Of a stretch of 64,000 bases of DNA, positions 1-8,773 are shown in pieces. The position numbers were made by a program, and so were the translations under genes. The DNA lies in NCBI GenBank assembly GCA_965204745.1, contig OZ242010.1:4672001-4736000 (forward strand), read 5' to 3'. Under the pieces are notes generated by a model. It made no database searches. It worked only from the letters and a program-made list of their open reading frames with translations, and was not told the DNA's origin. The DNA comes from Candidatus Latescibacterota bacterium (GTDB taxonomy: Bacteria; Latescibacterota; UBA2968). Position 1 is the stretch's first letter. Every line of letters begins with the position of its first letter.

Positions 1-2023
1 ATTCTCCAACATCTCGGATATTTCGGCTCTATCGAACTTACCCCTACTAAGGTGGGTGTATCTTAACACCAACCGCATCACGGATCTCTCGCCCTTGATT
101 TCAAATACGGGAGTGGGCTCAGGAGACTTTGTTCGCGTATATGCAAATCCGCTGAGTGCCACGTCGCGGAACACGCACGTTCCCGCCCTTCGGAACAGAG
201 GGGTAAATGTAACACTTTCGCCAGTCATAACGCTGTCGCTGTCGTCCTCCGCGATTGGCGAAAACGGTGCAACCGCGACCATCACGGCAACGTTGGACCA
301 AGCGCATCGCACTTTTGCAACGACGATCACCGTCGCGGCTGCTCCGGGCGCAAACGCTGTGTCGGCCGATTTCACGTTGAGCAACAACCCCGTGCTGACT
401 ATCGCGGTCGGTGCAACGACGAGCACCGGCACTGTAACGATTACAGCAGTGGACAACTCGGTCAGTGCAAGCGATAAGACGGTCACTGTGTCGGCCACCT
501 CACTGGGCCGTGTTCTAAGATCAGGTAGAGCTGTCCCCGATGTAACGCCCCCTTTACCTGTGCCCCTGACCATCCTAGACGATGAATCCCCGGTCACAAC
601 GCTAGTGCTGTCGCGATCCGAGATAGACGAAAGCGGTGCAACCAATCAGACGACTGTGACAGCGACCTTGACCCGGGCATCGACCGCGGCAACGACGATC
701 ACCGTCGCGGCTACTCCGGGCGCAAACGCTGTGGCGGGCGATTTCACGTTGAGCAACAACCCCGTGCTGACTATCGCGGCTGGCGCAACGACGAGCACGG
801 GCACCGTAACGATTACAGCGGTGGACAACTCGGTCAGTGCAGGCGATAAGGCGGTCACTGTGTCGGGCAACGCGCAGAACAGCGCCGGCGTCGCCTCCCC
901 CTCAGATGTGACCCTGACCATCCGAGACGATGAACCCCCCTCCCGAGCTGAAGATCCGGTTGAAAATCCGGCGGCTACAAATCAAGTGCCCGAATTTACA
1001 GATGTGGTGGATTTTCAACGCTATCAACAAGGCACACCTATTGCGCCGCTGACATTCCCCGTGGCCCAGGGTGGCGACGGAGCACTGACCTACACTTTGT
1101 CCTCACTTCCTCCGGGCCTGACCTATACCCCGCCGAGCGAAGAGGACGCGCATGGCGGCGTCTTGTCCGGCACGCCGACCGAGACACAGGCCAAAACCCT
1201 GTACACCCTGACCGCAACAGACGAAGACGAAGATGTGGCGCGTGCGTTATTCTACATCGTCGTCATGGTAGCTACATCGTCGGACGTCGAGGCAGATAGG
1301 ATGCCGTCTTTCGGCGATGCGACGGTCGCCGCGCAAAGCTATGTACAAAACCGAGAGATCGAAGCGATAACCCTGCCGCAAGCGACCGGTGGCGATGGCG
1401 CGCTGACCTACGCGCTGACCCCCGATCTGCCCGAGGGCTTGACCTTCAACACCGAGACGCGGGTGCTGTCGGGTCTGCCGACCGAGGCGCTAGGCGAAAC
1501 GACCTATACGCTGACCGCAACAGATGGCGATGGCGACGAGGCGACCCTGCGATTCGCCCTCGCCGTGGCGGAAGATCTCATGCCCTCATTTGCCGATACG
1601 GTCGTCGCCCACCGCTATCTGGTGAAAACAGAGGTCGAGATAACTTTCCCCGAAGCCACGGGTGGCGACGGGGTGCTGGCCTATATCCTCTTGCCATTCC
1701 TGCCCGATGAGTTGGAATTTGACCACGAGACGCGGGTGATATCCGGCACGTTGCTTCAGGCGATACTCGAGACCGAATACACGCTGAGCGCGTTGGACGC
1801 GGATGGCGATGTGGCTTCGCTGGTCTTCACCCTTGAAGGGCTCACGCCCGACTTCGATGGCAATGGTCGGGTCAATTTCGCGGATTTCGCGCTTTTTGTC
1901 GTCAGGTATGGAACGCGGCATGGCGAAGAAAGATATAACTCGCGCTACGATCTCAATAGCGATGGTGCGGTTGGCTATGACGATTTTTTGATCTTCCGTC
2001 AGTATTACGACACGGAGATTTGA
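1..2023 (+). CDS. Surface/secreted protein, 5' partial: internalin-like LRR, two Calx-beta/Ig-like repeats, putative Ig (He_PIG-like) repeats, C-terminal dockerin/EF-hand-like module
   Basis: Frame is open from base 2 (FSNISDISALSNLPLLRWVYLNTNRITDLSPL, LRR pattern). GGDGALTY...LSGTPT repeats. C-terminal DFDGNGRVNFADF...DLNSDGAVGYDDF. DNA duplication 317-494 vs 689-866. Confidence 0.8.
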   Translation, partial: FSNISDISALSNLPLLRWVYLNTNRITDLSPLISNTGVGSGDFVRVYANPLSATSRNTHVPALRNRGVNVTLSPVITLSLSSSAIGENGATATITATLDQAHRTFATTITVAAAPGANAVSADFTLSNNPVLTIAVGATTSTGTVTITAVDNSVSASDKTVTVSATSLGRVLRSGRAVPDVTPPLPVPLTILDDESPVTTLVLSRSEIDESGATNQTTVTATLTRASTAATTITVAATPGANAVAGDFTLSNNPVLTIAAGATTSTGTVTITAVDNSVSAGDKAVTVSGNAQNSAGVASPSDVTLTIRDDEPPSRAEDPVENPAATNQVPEFTDVVDFQRYQQGTPIAPLTFPVAQGGDGALTYTLSSLPPGLTYTPPSEEDAHGGVLSGTPTETQAKTLYTLTATDEDEDVARALFYIVVMVATSSDVEADRMPSFGDATVAAQSYVQNREIEAITLPQATGGDGALTYALTPDLPEGLTFNTETRVLSGLPTEALGETTYTLTATDGDGDEATLRFALAVAEDLMPSFADTVVAHRYLVKTEVEITFPEATGGDGVLAYILLPFLPDELEFDHETRVISGTLLQAILETEYTLSALDADGDVASLVFTLEGLTPDFDGNGRVNFADFALFVVRYGTRHGEERYNSRYDLNSDGAVGYDDFLIFRQYYDTEI

Positions 2024-2046
2024 TGCCGCAGAACGATTACGCGCAC

Positions 2047-2090
2047 AAAAGAAAAGCCCGGGGGTGCAATGACTCCGGGCTTTTCTTTTT
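2047..2090 (+). terminator. Intrinsic terminator, possibly bidirectional
   Basis: aaaagaaaagcccgg...ccgggcttttcttttt hairpin just after the stop codon. Confidence 0.8.
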
Positions 2091-3028
2091 GGGACCTACC
2101 CCCCTAACCCCCGTTACTCGCTTCGCTTCGTTGTAGGCTACGCCTGTGCCTGCGAGGAAGGGGGAATGGCGAGAGGGTTTGCGAGAGGAATGGCGATAGG
2201 TCTTGCGAAGTGGGACCTACCCCCTGGCCCCCTTCCTACGAGGAAGGGGGAATGGCGAGAGGGTTTGCGAGAGATTTACGCGAGAGGTTTTTGGGGTTCA
2301 TGGCGTGATCCATTCGCCCAAAGCCATCAGAACAGCCAAGGAAACAAACTTCAAAAAGCCATGTGCTCCCCCTTTCCTTGTAGGAAAGGGGGCCGGGGGG
2401 ATAGGTCGCTTTTTCATGGCGCGATCCATTCGCCCAAAGCCATCAGAACAGCCAAGAATACAAACCATCAAAAAGCCATGCGCTCCCCCTTTCCTTGTAG
2501 GAAAGGGGGCCGGGGGGATAGGTCGCTTTTTCATGGCGTGATCCATTCGCCCAAAGCCATCAAAACAGCCAAGGATACAAACCATCAAAAAGCCATGCGC
2601 TCCCCCTTTCCTCGCAGGCACAGGCGTAGCCTACAATGAGCGAAGCGAATAACGGGGGCCGGGGGGATAGGTCGCATTTTCATGGCGCGATCCATTCGCC
2701 CAAAGCCATCAGAACAGCCAAGGATACAAACCATCAAAAGAGCTTTTCTCCCCTTTCCTCGCAGGAAAGGGGCCGGGGGATAGGTCCCAAAAGCCATCAA
2801 AATAGCCCTTGCATTCATCTATCAAGAAACCCATGCTCCCCCTTTCCTTGTAGAAAAGGGGGCCGGGGGGATAGGTCGCATTTTCATGGCGCGATCCATT
2901 CGCCCAAAGCCATCAGAACAGCCAAGAAAACAAACCTTCAAAAAGCCATGTGCTCCCCCTTTCCTCGCAGGCACAGGCGTAGCCTACAATGAGCGAAGCG
3001 AATAACGGGGGCCGGGGGGATAGGTCCC
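2091..3028. repeat. Array of 8 REP-like palindromic elements (2 forward, 6 inverted) with conserved linkers; about 116-117 bp tandem unit
   Basis: Core GGGACCTAYCCCCC..CCCC(T)TTCCT-nnn-AGGAA(A)GGGG. Units start with ttcatggc at 2297, 2413, 2530, 2679 and 2883. Confidence 0.9.
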
Positions 3029-3052
3029 ATAAAAAAATCTAAGCGAAACATC

Positions 3053-3427
3053 GTGATTGGGCAACGTGTTATGGCCGAGAAAGTGGCACAAGCGCGGCGG
3101 TTGCGAAAACAGATGACCGAGGCGGAAAAACGGCTTTGGGAACGGTTGCGTGGAAACCGGGTTGATGGGGTTCACTTTCGCCGCCAGCAAATCATTGACG
3201 GTTTTATTGTCGATTTCTACTGCCATGCCGCTGGCTTGGTCATTGAAATTGATGGTCAGATTCACGCTCATCAGGTTGGTTATGATGCCCAACGCGATGA
3301 GGTACTCAAAGCCCACGGATTACAAATCATCCGCATATCGAATGAGAAAATCTACGCGGATATAGAGGGCGTTGTTCAAATGATCAGAGCGCATGTCAAG
3401 GGCATGATCTGTCCTCCTAACCCCTAA
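3053..3427 (+). CDS. DUF559 family (Vsr-like, PD-(D/E)XK superfamily) endonuclease
   Basis: ARRLRKQMTEAEKRLWERLR...FRRQQIIDGFIVDFYC...LVIEIDGQIH...YDAQRD signature. The frame extends upstream to an ATA at 3029. Confidence 0.9.
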   Translation: MIGQRVMAEKVAQARRLRKQMTEAEKRLWERLRGNRVDGVHFRRQQIIDGFIVDFYCHAAGLVIEIDGQIHAHQVGYDAQRDEVLKAHGLQIIRISNEKIYADIEGVVQMIRAHVKGMICPPNP

Positions 3428-3458
3428 AAGGAGGAACTTGTGAGCGGTTTTGCGAATC

Positions 3459-3779
3459 GGGACCTACCCCCCTAACCCCCCTTCCTGCGAGGAAGGGGGA
3501 ATGGCGATGGGTCTTGCGAGGGATTTGCGCGAGAGGTTTTTGGGGTTCATGGCGTGATCCATTCGCCCAAAGCCATCAAAACAGCTAGGGATACAAACCA
3601 TCAAAAGAGCTTTTCTCCCCTTTCCTTGCAGGAAAGGGGCCGGGGGATAGGTCCCAAAAGCCATCAAAATAGCCCTTGCGTTCATCTATCAAGAAACCCA
3701 TGCTCCCCCTTTCCTCGTAGGCACAGGCGTAGCCTACAATGAGCGAAGCGAATAACGGGGGCCGGGGGGATAGGTCCCC
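3459..3779. repeat. Second array of the same REP-like element (1 forward, 2 inverted)
   Basis: Same core and linkers as 2091-3028. Confidence 0.9.
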
Positions 3780-3837
3780 TCGCGCAACGCCCGCATCGCC
3801 TACTTGTTTTTTTATTACTGACCACTGACCACTGACC

Positions 3838-6800
3838 ATGACACTCAAAAAATCAATCTACATCACTATCGGAACAGCCAGTGTGCTGCTGATCGCGTTG
3901 TTGCTGATCGCTGGTGGCTATGTCAATGGGATCGTGCGCGGCTTGGCGCAGCGCGTTCTGGTGTGGCAACTGGCGGAGGACGCTCGGATCGGCGCGATTC
4001 GGGGCAATCCATTGCGCGAGTTTCGCGTGGTAGATGTGCAAATCGGCGATTGGGTGCGCGTGGATACGCTCGATGTGGCGTACGATATTTGGGGCATGCT
4101 GAGAGGGCGGGCGATTGTGCATCGGTTGAAGGTGATCGGGGCCGAGGTGCTGATCAAAGGGTCGGACGGCGCGTTTTCGCAGATAGCCCTGCCCGTGGAG
4201 ATCGAGTCGCTGGAGATCGCAGGGGCCGAGGTCGTGATCGACAGCACGCGAGTGCGGGACATCGCACTCTCTGGCGCGCTTGTCGCAGAGGATCAGGGCT
4301 ATCGCGCGGTTTTGAAGCGGTTTCGCTCCGTGCAGTTCACCCCGCCGTTAGAGGTGACCAATTTGTCTGGCGTCGCGGTGTTGCAAGGCGGACGGGTGCA
4401 GTTGAACGACATCGCGTTGCACACGCACAACTCTCGGGTTTTGCTCAGTGGCACAGTGCGGCAGTTGGACGATCCCGTGCTGGATATCGGCGTAGAGGCC
4501 GACTCCCTGTGGCTGGCGGATATCCGAGGGATCGGCGAGCTGCCAAAGCGCGCGGTGCGGTTGCGCGGCAAGGTGCAGGGCGGGCTGGATTCCCTGGGCG
4601 TGGAAGCACTTGTCGCGCGTGGCGCGTCCGATTCCCTGGTATTTCACGGCGTTTTGGGCGTTTCGCTATTTGCCCTGCGCGGCGATGCGGCTTTCGAGAT
4701 CGCGGTGGAGGATCTGTCCGATTGGGGTGTCCCACTGGAAGATGCGGTCGGGTTCGATTTGAAAGGACAAGGCAACATCCAGGTCGATTCCTCGGGCGTG
4801 CGCGAAGGCCATGTCGAGGGCGTTTTGCAGCGCGTGCGCGTGGGCGATGCGCGGTTTGATTCCGTGGATTTTTCCGGCACTTTGGCAGATGGCCTGTTCC
4901 GAGCACAGGTCGCTGTGGCCGGGCCGAGCGGCGAGATAAAAGGCGGTGGGCGAGCGCGGTGGGCGGATTGGCGCGGGGACTGGGCGATCCGGTTCAGCGA
5001 TGTGCATGCGGGACAATTCCCCGGCGTGCCCAAAAATGTCGGGCGAACGAACGGGCGCGTCGATATTGCACGCGATTCCGTGTGGCGCGTGGGCATTGCG
5101 CTGGACAAAGTGCAAATGCCAGATGGCGAGATGCGAGACGCGACTGCCCAGGCCCGATATGGGGATCAGCGGCTCGTTGTCGATCACTTTGCGGCGCGAT
5201 TGCCGCATTGGGGAATGCGCGTTGTGGGCAATGGGCAGGGGGTGATCGATCTCGAACCCGCGATTGCAGGCAGTCTCCGCGCAGAGGTCGCGTTGCCCGA
5301 TTTGCTGCGGACGGACAGGTGGGGCGATTCCCTGACGGTTGCGGGCCGCGTCGATGGCATTGTGGGCCGCGCGCTGAAAGTGGCGTTGTCGGGCGCGATT
5401 GCGGGCAATGCCGCAGCGGATCGCTTTCGCATGTCCGGTGCGGTCGATTCCATATTGCGGACGGAATTTTACGCGGAACTGTTAGGCGATGCCGGGATGT
5501 TGTCCACCGAGGGGCACGTCGATGTGCGCGAGATGGCACTGTCGGGCGCGTGGCAGCTAGATGTCTCGCAGTTGGCGGCAGTCGGCGAGGTGATCGGCGT
5601 GGATTTGGCCGGGGCGATGAAATTGTCCGGCGCGTTGTCCGGCGATTTGACCGCGCCCGGTTTTTCCGCCAAGGGCCACGCGGATAGCCTCTTGGTGGCG
5701 GGCGTTTTGGTGCAAAATGTCGATCTCGATACCCGCTGGGCGCGGCCGGATTCGGGTGCTGTGATGTTGCGAATCGATCACTTGATTTCGAGCCGCCGCG
5801 CGTTGCGGGCCGTGTTTCTCGACGCGGTGTACGTGCGCGGCAAAACGTCTTTTTGGTTTGGCAGCGCGGCGCGGGCGCAGGACGGGATTTTCTTGATGGG
5901 CAGCGCGCAACAGGTCAAAGACGAGGTGCGAGTGGCGGTGGATTCGTTGCACATTCAGGTCGATGAGGTGGCGTTGAACAACGAGGGGCGGATTCGATTT
6001 GCGTACGCGCCCGGGCGGGGCATTCACATCGGGCAGTTGGTTCTCTCCGGGCCGGCCGGCCGGCTCATTGCGCGGGATCAGCGGGATTTTCAGGCGACTG
6101 TAGAAGTGGTGTTGAAAAATTTGGATTTGCGCCCGTGGGCATTCGTGGCGGGCGTTTCCGGTTCTGGCGGCATTCTCAATGGCGAGATGCTTTTTGCCGG
6201 TACCCTGACGGACCCGCTCGTTTCCGGCGCGTTCACATTTGCAAATGCCAAGGTCATGGGGGTGCGATTTGGCGATGCCACCGCAGAGATGTCGTTTGGC
6301 AATGGCAAGATGCTCGCAGAGGCACAGATCGCGCCCACAAAAGACGAGGTGATCGACGTGGTCGGCAACGTTCCCATTGCAGTGCCCGGGGACATGCACC
6401 TGCGCGTTCGGTCAAAGGGAATCGCGCTCCGCACGCTTTTGGATGTGGCGGATGAAAAAACGAAATTGGCGGGGATAACGCGGTCAGAAGGCTTGGGGAT
6501 CAACACGGCTTTGAACGCGCTTTTCGACGCGTCCGAGGGGATTTCGGGAAAACTATCGCTGGATTTGGACGCGCGCGGGCGTTTTGATGATCCCGATCTT
6601 CGCGGGGTGATTGAACTCGAAGAGGGGGCGATTAACCTGTCGAATCTGAATCGGTCTTATGCCCCGGTTTCTGGTCGCGCCGTGATTGGGGATGGCAAAA
6701 TTCGGATCGACAACTTTGTGGTCGGGCCTGCGGCGACCCTGTCTGGCACGGTGACGCTCGCGGGATTTTTGCCGACCCGGTGGGATTTGTCCGCACACTT

Positions 6801-7725
6801 GAACGCATTTGAACCCGTGGCCCTGCCGGAACTGCAACTCGTAGCAGATGGGCAGTTGCGATTTTCAGGCACGCCAGAAAGCTCGCAACTCGAGGGCGAG
6901 GTGGCATTGAAACAAGCCGAGATCCGCTTGGCAGAATTGCTCAAAACCCCGGGCCAGGAAGCGGGGTTGCTAGATGCGTTGAATATCCATGTGCAAGTGT
7001 CTGCGGCTAGACAGGTGTGGATACGCGATCCGACTTTTGAGGTGGAAATCGCGGGAGATGTGGATGTGATCCAAGGTCGCGACGGCCTGCGGATTTACGG
7101 CACGCTGACCAGCCGCAGGGGAAATTACATTTTGCAAAACCGTCGCTTGCGGATTACGCAGGGCGAGATTCAGTTTCAGGGCAGGCCCGGGGGGAATCCG
7201 AATCTGAATATCCGCGCCGAGACGCGCATCCGCGCTGTGATTGCAGAAGACGCGGAGCCGGTCGATATTGCGGTCGCAGTGGGCGGCACCCTGACGCATC
7301 CGCAGGTCGAGATGACGAGCGATCCGCCACTGGAAGGGGATATGGGAGATATGCTCGCGCTGTTGCTGACGGGCAGGTCGGTCAGCCAGTTTAAGTTTTC
7401 CCGCGAGGGCACGCTGGATCTCGTTTTGGGCGTTGCCGCAAACCGCTTGGGCCAGCATATCGGGCAAAAATTGCGCCTGGATTTGGTAGAGATCGATGTC
7501 GGACAGGGCAATATCTCTCGGGTTCGGCTGGGCAAGTACATCGGCACGCGGCTTTTCATGAGTTATGCCCGCGACATTTCGAGCACGGCCAATGAGCTGG
7601 CAATGGAGTTTGAAGTGTTGCCGGGCGTGACATTTGAAGCGCGTCAGGTAGGGGACGTGGATGAAGACACCAAGAACCAGCGGACGCGGGAATCGGTCGG
7701 GCTGTTTTGGAAGAAGGAGTGGTAG
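3838..7725 (+). CDS. tamB: Translocation and assembly module TamB (AsmA-like, C-terminal DUF490)
   Basis: N-terminal TM anchor, long beta-rich body (1295 aa), C-terminal ...VRLGKYIGTRLFMSY...LFWKKEW. Confidence 0.8.
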   Translation: MTLKKSIYITIGTASVLLIALLLIAGGYVNGIVRGLAQRVLVWQLAEDARIGAIRGNPLREFRVVDVQIGDWVRVDTLDVAYDIWGMLRGRAIVHRLKVIGAEVLIKGSDGAFSQIALPVEIESLEIAGAEVVIDSTRVRDIALSGALVAEDQGYRAVLKRFRSVQFTPPLEVTNLSGVAVLQGGRVQLNDIALHTHNSRVLLSGTVRQLDDPVLDIGVEADSLWLADIRGIGELPKRAVRLRGKVQGGLDSLGVEALVARGASDSLVFHGVLGVSLFALRGDAAFEIAVEDLSDWGVPLEDAVGFDLKGQGNIQVDSSGVREGHVEGVLQRVRVGDARFDSVDFSGTLADGLFRAQVAVAGPSGEIKGGGRARWADWRGDWAIRFSDVHAGQFPGVPKNVGRTNGRVDIARDSVWRVGIALDKVQMPDGEMRDATAQARYGDQRLVVDHFAARLPHWGMRVVGNGQGVIDLEPAIAGSLRAEVALPDLLRTDRWGDSLTVAGRVDGIVGRALKVALSGAIAGNAAADRFRMSGAVDSILRTEFYAELLGDAGMLSTEGHVDVREMALSGAWQLDVSQLAAVGEVIGVDLAGAMKLSGALSGDLTAPGFSAKGHADSLLVAGVLVQNVDLDTRWARPDSGAVMLRIDHLISSRRALRAVFLDAVYVRGKTSFWFGSAARAQDGIFLMGSAQQVKDEVRVAVDSLHIQVDEVALNNEGRIRFAYAPGRGIHIGQLVLSGPAGRLIARDQRDFQATVEVVLKNLDLRPWAFVAGVSGSGGILNGEMLFAGTLTDPLVSGAFTFANAKVMGVRFGDATAEMSFGNGKMLAEAQIAPTKDEVIDVVGNVPIAVPGDMHLRVRSKGIALRTLLDVADEKTKLAGITRSEGLGINTALNALFDASEGISGKLSLDLDARGRFDDPDLRGVIELEEGAINLSNLNRSYAPVSGRAVIGDGKIRIDNFVVGPAATLSGTVTLAGFLPTRWDLSAHLNAFEPVALPELQLVADGQLRFSGTPESSQLEGEVALKQAEIRLAELLKTPGQEAGLLDALNIHVQVSAARQVWIRDPTFEVEIAGDVDVIQGRDGLRIYGTLTSRRGNYILQNRRLRITQGEIQFQGRPGGNPNLNIRAETRIRAVIAEDAEPVDIAVAVGGTLTHPQVEMTSDPPLEGDMGDMLALLLTGRSVSQFKFSREGTLDLVLGVAANRLGQHIGQKLRLDLVEIDVGQGNISRVRLGKYIGTRLFMSYARDISSTANELAMEFEVLPGVTFEARQVGDVDEDTKNQRTRESVGLFWKKEW

Positions 7726-7758
7726 GTCAACGAAAATATCGCAAAAAAATAACAGCGG

Positions 7759-7787
7759 TTGACAATATTATTTTATCGGATTAGGTT
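7759..7787 (+). promoter_or_regulatory. Sigma70-type promoter of higBA
   Basis: TTGACA-17 bp-TAGGTT, ending 5 nt before the higB ATG. Confidence 0.6.
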
Positions 7788-7792
7788 TGGGG

Positions 7793-8074
7793 ATGATCAA
7801 GACATTCAAGGATAAAGAGGCACAAAAAGTATTTCAGGGCCGTTTTTCCAGAAAATTGCCGCACGATATTCAGCATGTTGCGGAACGCAAATTGATTTTA
7901 CTCCATCAATCAGCGAACTTGAATGATTTGCGCGTTCCACCATCCAACCGGTTAGAGGCATTAACAGGAAATCGGAGAGGGCAACACAGTATCCGCATAA
8001 ATGACCAATGGCGAATTTGTTTTGAATGGGCCGAGGATGGTGTTTATGCTGTTGAAATCGTGGATTATCATTGA
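7793..8074 (+). CDS. higB: HigB toxin (RelE/ParE superfamily, killer-protein type)
   Basis: MIKTFKDKE...DLRVPPSNRLEAL.GNRRGQHSIRINDQWRICFEW...VEIVDYH. Confidence 0.92.
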   Translation: MIKTFKDKEAQKVFQGRFSRKLPHDIQHVAERKLILLHQSANLNDLRVPPSNRLEALTGNRRGQHSIRINDQWRICFEWAEDGVYAVEIVDYH

Positions 8075-8082
8075 GGTGCGTT

Positions 8083-8379
8083 ATGAGAGACAGATTCCCG
8101 ATTCATCCGGGTGAGATTTTGCAAGAAGAATTTTTAGGGCCAATGGGCATCAGCCGCGCTCGTCTCGCTCGTGATATTGGCGTTCCTGCAAAGCGGATTG
8201 ACAAAATTGTTCGCAAAGAAAAGGGTATTAGCGCGGATACCGCCCTGCGACTCGCACGTTATTTCGGCATGTCAGTTGAATTTTGGACAGGCATTCAAAC
8301 ACATTATGAAGTCGAGAAAGCAAAAATGACATTGGCAGATCGAATAGAAGATGAGGTCAAAGTTTTTGCAACGGCGTAG
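8083..8379 (+). CDS. higA: HigA antitoxin (HTH)
   Basis: PIHPGEILQEEFL...ISADTALRLARYFG...FW; SD GAGGTG; directly follows higB. Confidence 0.92.
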   Translation: MRDRFPIHPGEILQEEFLGPMGISRARLARDIGVPAKRIDKIVRKEKGISADTALRLARYFGMSVEFWTGIQTHYEVEKAKMTLADRIEDEVKVFATA

Positions 8380-8387
8380 GTTCTGTT

Positions 8388-8540
8388 CCGTGCGTTCCCC
8401 GCCGCCGTGTGCGTCCCTTCCGCCCAATCCCCGCCGCCGAGTGCGTTCCCCGCCGCTACGACCCCGCCCCGTGTGCGTCCCCATCCCCACGACCCTGCCG
8501 CCGTGTGCGTCCCTTCCGCTCAATCCCCGCCCCGTGTGCG
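8388..8540. repeat. GC-rich imperfect repeats (gtgcgt(t/c)ccc...ccccgcc family)
   Basis: ccgccgtgtgcgtcccttccgc.caatccccgcc occurs twice. Related inverted copies at 27710-27820 and 29250-29290; a related copy at 39017-39050. Confidence 0.65.
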
Positions 8541-8661
8541 TTCTACCATCCAACCGGTTAGAGGCATTAAAAGGAAATCGGAGAGGGCAATACAGTATCC
8601 GCATAAATGACCAATGGCGAATTTGTTTTGAGTGAGCCGAGGATGGTGTTTATGCTGTTGA
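8538..8661 (+). pseudogene. Duplicated 3' fragment of higB
   Basis: 124-bp near-copy of 7932-8055 with 5 substitutions, including TGG>TGA. Confidence 0.85.
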
Positions 8662-8773
8662 GAAATTCGGCAAAAGTCATTAACGTTCATGCAGAGCAAC
8701 CCAAAATCCAAATAGGCGTATAATGATTGACCTATCCCCTGTCAAAACCGCATCCACACAAAAGGACTATCCC

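Noticed and set aside
2166-2992. ORFs of 77-157 aa in the REP array, and similar ORFs at 3464-3848, 14712-15104 and 57873-58128
   Set aside because: They are translations of DNA repeats, open in several frames, with no SD or protein-like features.
2091-3779. CRISPR array next to a nuclease
   Set aside because: The sequences between palindromes are themselves repeated rather than unique spacers, orientation is mixed, and there are no cas genes.
8538-8661. DGR template/variable repeat pair with higB
   Set aside because: Substitutions are not adenine-specific (C>T, C>A, C>T, A>G, G>A) and there is no reverse transcriptase in the window.
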